This document shows positions 21,715-32,636 of a stretch of 59,297 nucleotides of DNA, piece by piece. The DNA lies in assembly GCA_023334545.1 (NCBI GenBank), contig JAADVB010000102.1:1-59297 (forward strand). The letters run 5' to 3'. Source of the DNA: Salisapilia sapeloensis CBS 127946 (Eukaryota; Protista; Oomycota). Every line of letters starts with the position of its first letter. Positions within the stretch are counted from its first letter, which is position 1. The notes beneath the pieces are model-generated. The model searched no databases and was not told where the DNA came from. It was given only the letters and a program-made list of their open reading frames with translations. The position numbers and the translations under genes are program-made.

Positions 21715-23541
21715 ATGAACTCCGAGAACGCCCAAAAGAACATGTCAAAATTTGCAGGCTATTCCCAATTCTACTCCACTCCTACGGTACGTCTCGTCCT
21801 TCCTGCGACCGTCGTAATGATACTCATGACATGTGCATAGCAATCTCAGCAATATAATTCTGTTTCAAGACCCATGCAAGTGCCTCCTCGTCCTTCTAAT
21901 CCTTCTTTACGCCCTCCTCCACCTCCTCCACCGTCCAAAGCAGCCATGGTTGCTGCCAGAGGAACTGCTCCTCCGCCTCCTCCGCCTCGACCGGCTCATG
22001 TAGCTCCTCGAGGTCCTCCGCCTCCACCGACAGCTATGCGTCCAGGTCCACCTCCTCGTCCTCAAATGTCTTCTTCGTCCTGGCAGTGGAGCAACGGACG
22101 GTCGGATAGTGCAAACGTACGACAACAAATGCCGACGAATCCTCCACGTCCGACCGCACCGCCTGCTCCTCCCGTCGCTCGTCCAGCTATGACTGGGATG
22201 TCAGCCGAAAAGTGGCCAGACTCTCTTCATGACTACGTCCGACGAGCGTTCTCTCGATGCACCACCAAGACGGACGAAGCGTTGACGCAAAACACCCTTA
22301 AAAGCTTAATCACGAATGCCATTACGTCGAACAACCTGTGGACGCGTAATTGGGCCGCAGAGCCTCTTCCGTCTTTGGTGCGTGATCGACCTGCTACGAC
22401 TGCTGCGCCCAGTACGTCCGTATCTCCTCACTTTGGTAGCATGTCGATCGGATCATTCAACGCAATGAATCCGTCGACCAAGTTCCAAGGTGCGAATGGG
22501 AAAAAGAGAAAAGCAGAGGCTTGGGAAAGTCAGAGTAAGAAGAACCAGAGAAGGCAACGATTTGAGAAAGAGAAGGCTGGACTGGCGCAGTACGTCACGC
22601 CAACAGTGGATACGAAGAACCTGCGCGTGCTAACGGAGGAAGGAGACTTGGACCTAGAGGCCATGACCATTCGAGGTACGTGTCAGACGGTGGAGAAGGA
22701 GTACCTGCGTCTGACGTCAGCTCCCCACCCGTCCACCGTTCGTCCAGAGCCAGTGCTTCATCAAGCGCTGGAACTGGTCAAGGCCAAGTGGAAGCGTGGC
22801 GAGGCAGACTACAAGTACGCCTGTAGCCAGCTCAAGTCCATCCGTCAGGACTGCACAGTGCAGCACATTAAAAACGAGTTTACTGTCCAGGTGTACGAGA
22901 CTCACGCACGCATCGCTCTCGAGTCTCGCGACATTAACGAGTTCAATCAGTGCCAGACGCAGTTGCACGAGCTGTACGAGCGTGGCGTGACTGGCCAAGC
23001 GCTTGAATTCCTTTCCTACCGAATCTTATACTGCGTCTACGTCCTCCTGCAGGCTAAAAAGGCTGACTCTGGCGGACAGCTTGGTATGTACAGCGTGCTG
23101 TCGGTCGTTACGCCAAAGCTGCGGCAGCACGAGGCGATTGCCCACGCACTCGCAGTCCGAGAAGCTGTGGCTATGAATAACTATCACCGATTCTTCCTTT
23201 TATATGCAGATGCGCCGAACATGGCAGGATACTTGATGGATCCAATGATCTCAACCGTACGACTCCGAGCGCTCCGGGCGATGTGCAAAGCGTATTTATC
23301 TCTTTCCTATCTCTACCTATGTCGTGTATGCTCATATGATATTTGTGGCTATAGATATCGTCCGTCGCTATCGCTTGAGTTCGTAAAGGACGAGTTGCAG
23401 TTGGACGGAGACGGAGGCGATCAGTTCTTACACGACTGCGGCGTCGTGGTACAGAAGGGTGGTGACAGCAGCGCACATACGATTGACGTGAAGAACTCGA
23501 ATATCGTATGGACAATCGGCGCTCAGTCCTCTCTCATATAA
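21715..23541 (+). CDS. LENG8: SAC3/GANP/THP3-family protein, LENG8-like (3 exons)
   Basis: LHDYVRRAF..C, GTCQTVEKEYLRLTSAPHPSTVRP, QLKSIRQD, YETHARIALE..D..EFNQCQTQL. Upstream exon 21715-21786 is joined by a 54-nt intron. A 63-nt intron lies at 23292-23354. Confidence 0.92.
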
Positions 23542-23696
23542 CACTTTTCAGTAAGACCTTCGAAATAATCACGTAAATAAAGTCTCGTATTAGCTCTGGT
23601 CCAAACGCACGTACATTTCATTTTAGATTAGCTTTAACAACATTTGATCAAGTCCAGAATAGCATTATATCAAAGTACAGATGCATCTTAGTAGGC

Positions 23697-25776
23697 CTAG
23701 TCGATGGTGAATCCGTAGAGCTCCGTGTCCAGCGCCGTGTACAATGCCGTCTTAAGCTCTTGGTACACTACATGGAGAGGGAGGTCAAGTCGGTTGAAGC
23801 ATGCGTGGCTCTGGATATATCCTTCGCCAACAAGAGCTACGCCCTTGAGTGTAAATGGACACAACTTCCCGTCGTAGCTGGTAAGCGCAGCAAAGCCAGC
23901 CAAGGGTGGACGAGAGGAGCCCGTTGCGAAGTGTAGGAGACGACGACGGTACTCGGTCGGCATCTCTCGAACGAGTTTCCAGAACCACTCATAGGCAGGA
24001 TGCTTATAAAGATCTGTGCTGTGCTTGGTGTTACGTTCCCAGTCATCCACATCGATCTCATCAGACCCACACAAGAGGTAGTCAAACTCCTCCGGGTCGA
24101 ATATCAAAAGTAGATGACGTGGAAGGACTTCATAGAAACCCTTCAGAAGAGCATGCAGCTGCGGTTTGACACTGTCTACGAGCAAGTATTCCATCTTCTT
24201 CTGCAAGTACTCATGTTTATTCTCATCCGTCACGACGATATTGCGACCATTCGGGATCATATCTCGCACGACCATCTTGTCCCCAACCTTCTCCATCACG
24301 GAGAAGTCAAGGCCGAGGTCTTCAACGCTACTATTGTCTCGAATCCACACCATGCTCTTATATACATCCGGATCAAAGTACTGCAAATCATCGAACGTGA
24401 CAGGGATGCCGAGTATAATTTTGATAAGAGGTAGCGCCAAGTGAAAGCCAAGCGTGTAGCCTTCCAGTGGCAGACGACCGATGAGGCGTCCAATAGCAAA
24501 GTAGTACAGCAAGTGCTCTTCTCCGACCTCTTCTGCCGAGGCTGGATTCAAGTAAAAGCTCTGCTCGTCCCGGTTGGCGCAGCAGAACAGACCATTCGAT
24601 GGGTCGACCAGCATCTCGTTCAAGAGTGCAAACCACTCTCGATAGAGAGCACCGGCGTCCACACCACTCTCATTCGTGAAGTTGATGCGAACGACGGAAT
24701 GTACATGGGACTTTGGAACGACGCTAAATGTCTCCATCGAGTCATCAAACAAAGTCTCTCTCGTCAGGTTGAATCGCAGATGCTCTACCTCTGCAGGCAC
24801 GAGGAGAGAGGCGGACGCACTCACGAAGTGTGCGTACTTGGCTGGAAAGTTGGTGGCAGCAGACGTTAATATCTGATCGTCTGGAACGAAATGCTCTTCC
24901 TTTTCCTTCATATCTAGTGTTAATTGCATCGGATCAGCTTCCGCCGCTTTAATAAATTCTGTCTCAAGATGCTTCGCTTCCTCTCGTAGTTCCTCTGCTC
25001 TCTCTGGCCTTGGCTTCATTCCCGACGGTCTCACACTCTCTCCCTCGTCTACTACTGTGCCCGAGATACGCACGACGTACCCTGTAACGTCCGGGCATTG
25101 TGTATATCTATGGTCTCGATACCAGTAGACATTTCCATTCACATCTACTTTTCGCACCCACTCCTTCCTCGCCCTATATTCAATCCAAATCTCTCAGTCT
25201 CATGCATTATCGTGCAGAACTCGGAAAACACTACATGGCTCGCTGCTGTCGATGATTTGTGCTTGTCGAGGACTCTGCAGGCCTAGTCACGAGCTCCACG
25301 GAACTCTTCTTCTCAAAGAGTAAATGCCATTTAGCTCTCCGCTTTTCCCTCTTTTCAGCCTTTTCCTTCTCTTCTGGCGACACGTACGCTTCAATCTTGG
25401 TGCCGCATACGTTACAGAATTGGAGCCGTTTGAAGTTCTCGAAGCCACACAAAGAGCATGCATTATAGCCTTCTTCCGCTTCTCTAGAATGCAGCAAGAC
25501 ACTATGGGTCGATGCAATCTAGTAAAATACAAAAGAAGATGAACCTCATGGCAGCATCGAGACGATGGAGACCGGACCTGTCATGCAAGCGCAAGTTAGA
25601 ACGAGACGAAGTCCACAGCGAGACCGCACATACTCTGGCAGCAACGGCGCTCGAAGCTCTATCTCGGCTTGCTTTCGCATGAAATTACGACGTGCCCAGA
25701 ACCAAAAGGCCCCAAGCATCAACACCAACATGATAATGGCGATGATGAAACCATGCTCGTCTTTAAACGTAGCCAT
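23697..25776 (-). CDS. Membrane-anchored HECT E3 ubiquitin ligase: N-terminal TM + RanBP2/NZF-type zinc finger + HECT (4 exons)
   Basis: Exon 1 TM FIIAIIMLVLMLGAFWFWA-RR. C-x2-C-x3-N-x6-C-x2-C finger (CSLCGFENFKRLQFCNVC). HECT motifs GVDAGALYREWF, LLHFATGSSR and catalytic SHACFNRLDLP. Three GT-AG introns keep the frame. Confidence 0.9.
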
Positions 25777-26711
25777 TCTCCCTGACTTGTTTATTAAAAA
25801 TGTGAGCTCTATTGCTATTAAGTCGTGCCTACCGCATGTCAGGCATGGATTCATCGGACGTGTAACGCACCTATCAAAGCATCGGCATGGAAAAATCCAT
25901 CCGGACAGAGACGAGGAAGGTTGATGAGTGGTACCACTTTGAAGCTTCCTTGAAGCCCATTTGGAAGCTTGCCTTGGGTGGAAGGGATAGCCGAGAATGC
26001 GCTTTGACTTGCATTTCAGCTGGTAAGAAGGTGTACATGTAGTTGTTAAGCCCTGTATTGAGAGAATCATAGAGGATTTTCCGACGACGAATAAAGTCTT
26101 ATTCAAGTGGAGCATCTCCTTAGTTTTCTTTCGGACTTGTCTTCGACACACATTTGCAAGCGCGTGTTCCATCCAAACAGTCTTTTCGCAAGTATTCTCA
26201 AACAAAATGCACAGAACGAAGGCACTATCTATCTGCGGGAAAGCATGTTGAAACACAAGATGCAACTGGATGCAGTCGCGTACGACGTTTTCATACTGCT
26301 TTTGCCTTTCAAATGCGCACCGATTTGCCCATCGGATTTGAACGATCGACGCTCGCCTAAAGTTCATCTTGCACAAGTCTCGTGGTTGCGCAATAGCACA
26401 TAGCTCTAGGTTTCTACCAATAGCCCTCTTTTCTCTTTTCTTTCATTAGATATGGAAACCTCAACTTCCTACGTCAGTAAAGAACAGAGACGAGCCATGG
26501 CCACACGTCTTGGTCAAGCAAGCTTCCAATCCCTTCCCAATGCAATCCCTTCTCTCAATCCAATCTAGCAAAAGGTATTACCGTCTTAATCGGACCAGGA
26601 CAAGAGCAGCATTTATGACATCCACGATTTAAAGACCACCAGAATCACTTGGCTCCATACATGCGATTTGCGGCTGAAAAGCACTAATTCCTACCCTAGA
26701 TCTAAATCAGA

Positions 26712-26716
26712 CCAAT
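26712..26716 (+). promoter_or_regulatory. CCAAT box upstream of the desaturase
   Basis: AGACCAATCA about 60 nt before the ATG at 26776. Motif match only. Confidence 0.3.
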
Positions 26717-26775
26717 CACGGCCACCCAAGCCTGATCTCCAAGTCACTTGAGAATAGGAGCGTTTGGCTACAAAG

Positions 26776-28345
26776 ATGTCTCCGATCGCCGAGACGAGTG
26801 GTGAGCAGGAGCTCCGCCAGCGCACGGTCAACGCCTCCACGGACGGCAAGACCAAGGTCAACGACAATGCTAAGGAGTTCACGTGGGAAGAAGTCGCGAA
26901 ACACAACCACGCACAAAGCGCCTGGGTCATTATCCGCGGAGACGTCTTTGACGTCACAGGTACGACAAGGTATCTTTTGCCAACAATCAACGGAAATAGC
27001 TAAATACATGCACAGAATGGGCAGACCGTCATCCTGGTGGACGTGAGCTCTTGCTACTGCACGCTGGTCGCGAGTGCACTGGCACCTTTGACTCGTACCA
27101 TCCATTTTCGACGCGTGCAGACAAGGTGCTGGCCAAGTATCGCATCGGAAAGCTCGTTGGCAACACCGAGTTCCCCGTCTACAAGCCAGACTCTGGCTTC
27201 TACAAGGAATGCAGCGAACGTGTTGCTGCGTACTTCAAAGAAAACAAGTTGGACCCGAAGGATGCCTTCGCCGGGCTCTGGCGTATGGCCATCGTCTTCT
27301 CCGTTGCGGCAGTGTCCTACGCTGGCATGAACTTCCTTCTTCCAGTCGGAAAGGAGTCATCCTGGGCCCCATACGCCTGGGCAGTCGTCTTTGGCGTCTG
27401 CCAAGCCCTGCCTTTGCTGCACGTCATGCACGATTCGTCCCACGCTGCTTGCTCCAACAACCCCATGTGGTGGTCGCTCATCGGCCGTGGTGCCATGGAC
27501 TGGTTCGCTGGTGCCAACCTCACTTCCTGGCTGAACCAGCATGTCGTCGGCCACCACATCTACACGAACGTGGCTGGTGCTGATCCGGATCTTCCGGAGA
27601 ACTTCCAAAGCGACATCCGCCGCATCGTCGAGCGTCAGGTGATGCGACCCATGTACAAGTACCAGCACCTGTACCTGCCGCCATTGTACGGCATCCTCGG
27701 CCTCAAGTTCCGTGTGCAGGACATCATGGAAACATTCTGGCTCCAGACGAACGGCCCGCAGCGAGTGAACCCTCACTCGGCCATGGACTGGACGCTCATG
27801 CTTTTGTCCAAGGTCTTCTGGGCCTTCTACCGCATCTGGATCCCACTGCAAGTGCTCGAAGTGCCGCCAGCCACCTTCTGGACCGTCTTCCTCTTGGCCG
27901 AGTGGGTCACGGGATGGTACCTCGCCTTTAACTTCCAGGTACATACATTGTCATATATAGAAGCTTATAAGGATGTAGACTGATAGTGAACTAGGTGAGT
28001 CACGTGTCGACCGAGTGCGACTATCCGAATGGCGAGACGGTGGACACGGAGCTGGAGGATGAGTGGGCTATTTCCCAGGTCAAGTCTTCTGTCGACTATG
28101 CACACAATGCGCCTCTGACGACTTTCTTTGCTGGAGCGCTCAACTACCAGGTGACGCACCACCTCTTCCCTGGCATCTCGCAGTACCACTACCCGGCCAT
28201 CGCCCCCATCATCCAGGACGTGTGCCGCAAGTACGGCGTCAAGTACACGGTGCTTCCGACCTTTTCGCAAGCGATCATGGCCCACTTTGAACACTTGCGC
28301 ATCATGGGTGAAGCTGGAAAGCCCGTCAGCGTCCACATGGGCTAA
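26776..28345 (+). CDS. Front-end (delta-5-type) fatty acid desaturase with N-terminal cytochrome b5 domain (3 exons)
   Basis: HPGG heme motif after splicing. His boxes HDSSH, QHVVGHH and QVTHHLFP. Overall pattern (EFPVYKPDSGFY, AISQVKSSVDY) resembles oomycete/Mortierella delta-5 desaturases. Regiospecificity is inferred. Confidence 0.9.
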
Positions 28346-28429
28346 TCCGTCCATTGTTTTCTCTACAAATGCAATACAACGAGTTTGACCATTGCTATTG
28401 TGCTTTTCGTTCTTTTGGTTTTGGTTTAA

Positions 28430-28724
28430 CTACTCTCTCATCGCAGGGCATACATGCTTTGAGAATGGTCTCGTATCTCGATCATGGCATCGTTGATACT
28501 TTTCCTGAGCTTTAGCTCTTCGTGGTAGACGTAACATCTTCACATCTGCAGCCTCTTGCTCTTACCGAGTGCCATGTCGTGTACATCAACGTGAAACTGT
28601 ATGCATAAGTCGCATCCTTCCACATCCTTTTCGTCTTAAGTCAATACAATTGTCTTGGTGTAAGCTATCTGTAGCACATGAAGGCATGAATAAATACGTA
28701 TCCATCGAAGGTAGAATCGAGCAT
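28430..28724 (-). CDS. Putative 56-aa spliced microprotein (exons 28724-28698, 28634-28566, 28504-28430)
   Basis: Two phase-0 GT-AG introns of 63 and 61 nt with branch-like TTGAC/CTAAA motifs. Product MLDSTFDGYTKRMWKDATYAYSFTLMYTTWHSEKYQRCHDRDTRPFSKHVCPAMRE. INR-like CTCACTCT about 55 nt upstream. No homology recognised. Confidence 0.45.
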
Positions 28725-28832
28725 CCCTTCTGGCGCTTCAAGATGCGTTGGGAGTTGAGACAGACGTGATAACACTGAGAGTGAGTATGCAGAGGACAGA
28801 GCTGTCGAAAGCTAACGAGTATCGCGACTACG

Positions 28833-29625
28833 ATGCGAAAAGCCGAGAACCGAGTACTGCTCAATGTGTACGACCTATCCGGAGCTAACGACATAACTTC
28901 GTGTAAATACAGATATCTTCTACTCAATTATGCAGCTCATCTTACTCTGTCTACCCCACAGTCTTCGGTATCGGGTTCTATCACAGTGGCGTCGAAGTAG
29001 CTGGAGAAGAGTTCTCCTTCGCCAAAGGCGCTGGTGTCTACTCTTCTGCACCCAAAGACGTCGCAGGTACATCTCATTATATCCTTTTGCCTAATAAACC
29101 TCACAACAAATAACTTAGATGCCAAGTTTCGCGAATCCATCGACATGGGCGTCTTCCACGGATCCTACCGCGAAGCAAGAAACCTCGCGTACTCACTTAG
29201 CTCTGACTTCGGTCCCGACAGCTACCACCTGATATCACAGAACTGCAACCACTTTGCTGAAGCATTCTGTCAGCTCCTGCTACAAAAGTCCATTCCAGGC
29301 TTTGTCAATCGCGCTGCCTACCTCGGTTCCTGCTGCAGCTGCCTCGTGCCAGACTCGACAGACTCTCCTGTCACGGCGCCTTCATCCACTCACACGGCCC
29401 AGGACAAGTCTGGTCCAGCCTACACGGCCTTTGCAGGTCTTTATCTTAATATAAGCTCTCTTAAACTCTTGTAACGAACGATATATAGGCTCTGGGCGGT
29501 CTCTCGGATCCTCCACGACGTCCTCTCGAAGCGAAAGCAATGGCGACTCGGTCACGGACCGCCGAGAGAAGATGCGTCTGGCAGCTCTCCGTCGCGTCAA
29601 CGCTGGCTCTAGCGATCAGACGTAG
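28833..29625 (+). CDS. DESI2: PPPDE/DeSI-family deubiquitinating/desumoylating peptidase (4 exons)
   Basis: VLLNVYDL, catalytic His in GFYHSGVEV, catalytic Cys in SQNCNHFAEAF, and PGFVNRAA. Three GT-AG introns. Confidence 0.92.
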
Positions 29626-29735
29626 ACGTGGAGCACAGCAAAGCACCTGAGATGAAAAAAGTCATAAACAGTAGAAATCACATCATGTCATGCCACTCTG
29701 CAAGTGTATTTTAGCCACATCTGCCATCTCCTGGC

Positions 29736-30487
29736 TTACACCGTTCCTTCATCTTCATCGTCGTCGTGCTCCTCCACCTCGTCATCTTCGTACTGATGGT
29801 CGTAGACGAACGTCTCTACTGGAGGCGCCTCCGGAACGGCGAACACGATGCCGTCCATGGACTTGTCCAGCACAATCTCCGTGCCTAGTCGAGAGCTATA
29901 TCCGTCTGTCAGTCAAGTATACCTCACAGGAGACTAAAAGCAGCATACTATTCCGTCCGGTCTTCCTCCGGGACGTAGTCGAGCACCTGAAGCTCCTGCT
30001 CGTTCGGAGGTGGCAGGACCGATGCCCACGCGTTGGACACGACCACGTGCGACTGGGCCGACGTGGCTCCTACTCACTCCATTAATTCCCATACTCTACC
30101 TCTATCCCCTTAAGCAGACCAACCTTCGCCAAAGAGGCTCTCAGTGTAGTAGTCGTCGCGAGGAGCGTCGTAGGCTCCGCCACCGCCGTACGAGTCGTCC
30201 TGGATAAAGTCGTTGCCGGACATCTGGCATGCCTGACGGAGCGTCTGTCCAACCCGGCCTTCGATCGTGTGTCGGTTACCCTCAAAGTCCACCAGCACTA
30301 CGTTCACACTAGGTCCACAATAAGTCTACAGCGACGAGGTATTTAAACAGGTTTAGTACATTTTCTCGGCCACTGTCGGGCCGTCGTTCGCTTCAGCAGC
30401 GAGGCCGCCGACCCACCTCCGTCCGAGGTTGCTCGAGACGGTCTTGGGCGCCACCGTGCGCGCGTGTCGGACTACTCGACTCAGCAT
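29736..30487 (-). CDS. Mitochondrial adrenodoxin-fold protein lacking Fe-S cysteine ligands (4 exons)
   Basis: Presequence MLSRVVRHAR. VNVVLVDFEGNRHTIEGRVGQTL (adrenodoxin-like start), SAQSHVVV (in place of CSTCHV) and YSRLGTEIVLDKSMDGIVFAVP (in place of SRLGCQI). Three GT-AG introns. Confidence 0.8.
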
Positions 30488-30614
30488 CTCTAAGCTCTTC
30501 CTTTCCGATGGTCTTGTAGCCGCACACGCGTGGCTAAATGTACACCTATTGATTGACTATATTGGGTGGAAGCTATATCGCACCCGTTTTATTTCCTTTC
30601 TTTCGACAGACAAA

Positions 30615-32636
30615 ATGTACACGAAAATGAGCGCCAGCGGGTCGGCGCTGATCTCGAACCCGAGGACGATCTCCAAGTCACTTGAGAGCAAGATATCTGC
30701 TGCTATTGCAGGTGTGATTGCTCGACATGATATGAGCCAACTTTCGACGAAAATCGTACGACAGGCAGTCGAGAGAGAGGTGAAAGTTAGTCTGAGCAAC
30801 CACAAGGAGGTGCTCAAGCGACTGATGCACCAAGAGTTCCGCAAGTACAAGGCTCAAAAGGTTTCTTATCTTAGGAGTGTACAGAAAGTATGAATTCTGA
30901 CCATGGTAACTTGGACATGTAGCTAGCCGCCAAGAGTGTTCCCGAGCCATGGAGATACAAGCTTCGCCAGGAAACCATTCGTAAAGGTTAGCAAGATATG
31001 TACGACTTTCCAATACAACCACCCTAAAGCGAACCGCAAATAGCTATGAAATGGACGTATGGGGTTGTGAAGCAGACGGGAGTCTTCGCCGACGTCGGTG
31101 TCCACGCGATCCAGAACTTTTACCAGCTAGAGAACGCAGCCACCGGTGTGAACAGACAGATAGCCACCATGTATGCACGTCAGCTAGGTGCTATGTGGAT
31201 GCAGCAGCCTTCTCTACCGGAATGGCAGCCAAAGACGCTGCCGACGACAAGTCAAGTGGCAGACGCTTTGCTCTCAGTATACACCGTCGAGCAGTTGGGC
31301 ATATGCCACGATCGCAGAGCAGAATTACTTCAGTTCTTTGGTCGTAGTACTCCAGCATATAGTGTCATGGTAAAAGTTACCTTCGCCACTAGCTTCCTGA
31401 AATTATGGACTAACGTTAACACTACACAGGACTACTTTGGGTGGGATCCTACCGCTGAATCGACTTCAGACGATTCAACACCAGTAACTTCGAGTAAGCT
31501 CATGGCCAACGCCCTCCTCCTTGGCTACCTAGCGCATAAACTGAACGTCAGCCTCGGTTGCTCCTTCACACAAGTAGCCTTTACTTTCCGATTAGTTCCT
31601 CCGTTGGATACGCTCATGACTAATGCATTCTTTCCTGCGGATGATATAGATACTGCAGCATCTACCGTCCTTTTATCCATACAAGGGTCGAGATGAGTTA
31701 TCATCAGAAGAGTTTTACGACCAAACCCACTTGATCACGACTGTCGTGCTCGTCCTGTCAGACTTTGGTCGGTTATACTGTGAGCCAGTATGTATCCATC
31801 AATTGCAGACATCCACCACCTTAATGTATTAATAATGCGTTTGTGCAGGAGCTACTTCCTCATGAGTACATGTTCCTACGTCAGAACCTCATCCTTCATA
31901 TCATCCAACAAGACACGACACTCATCGGCGAGAGTCTTCGTGTAAGCACCTTCGTCAAAAAATAACAGCAAGCTATTCCTGACGCCATGTATTAGGCGCT
32001 CAAATGCTTTTCCAACGCGATGAACTTGACGATCGTCCGGCGTGGCATGGCTTTCCTGCTCAAGACACAACGTGAGGACGGAAGCTGGCATTCCGGTGTA
32101 GAAGAAACGGATGCACAGCAGTATTACACGACTATGAACGGTATCTGGGGCGTGGAAGGCCCTTGTGGCAGAGGCTTTGCTCCGTTTGCACCAGAGCTAC
32201 TGCCGATCCTGGAGCTCCAGGCCAACGCCGTCTTCGAAGCAAACGTACGCTTAGCGAATAGCACCAAGTAGTATAGACATAACGAAACATTTTGATCATG
32301 TAGATTTCTGCTTCTGAAAAGGTGGAAACGACGACTACTACTCCTGTGAAGAGTGAAGAGACGACTTACCCTGCACCACCTGCAGAAGAGAGTTTGGAAA
32401 ACCAGATCAAGTTTCTACAAGGTCTGTTGGAAAAGAAGGATGGAAATGTGAAGAATGCGAGCGCTGGGATGGCAACCCATGTGCTGTCGACATTGTCTTC
32501 AATGAAATTTTCTGTGGAAGTGCTCAAGTCGACAGGCATAGGCAAAGTCATCTACAAGCTCAGAAAGCACTCGGACGCGCAGGTGGCAAAGACAGCCAGT
32601 CAGCTTGTCACGACGTGGAAGAAAGACTTTCTCTAG
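30615..32636 (+). CDS. Multidomain protein: DEK-C + helical QW-motif (terpene cyclase/prenyltransferase-like) region + TFIIS N-terminal (LW) domain (8 exons, 530 aa)
   Basis: Exons 30615-30860, 30923-30986, 31044-31369, 31430-31573, 31650-31787, 31849-31941, 31996-32244 and 32304-32636 total 1593 nt with no internal stop. DEK-C pattern IAGVIARHDMSQLSTKIVRQAVEREVKVSLSNHKEVLKRLM. FLLKTQREDGSW. TFIIS-N LKSTGIGKVIYKLRKH...ASQLVTTWK. Confidence 0.8.

Noticed and set aside
25887-26042. 51-aa plus-strand ORF (MEKSIRTETRKVDEWYHF...)
   Set aside because: No homology, splice signals or promoter support; length is within chance expectation.
28437-28634. Possible selenocysteine read-through (...CDLC...LQM-TGA-RCYVY...) on the minus strand
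   Set aside because: There is no start codon for that frame and no SECIS seen, and the TGA falls inside a well-formed 61-nt intron of the alternative microprotein model.
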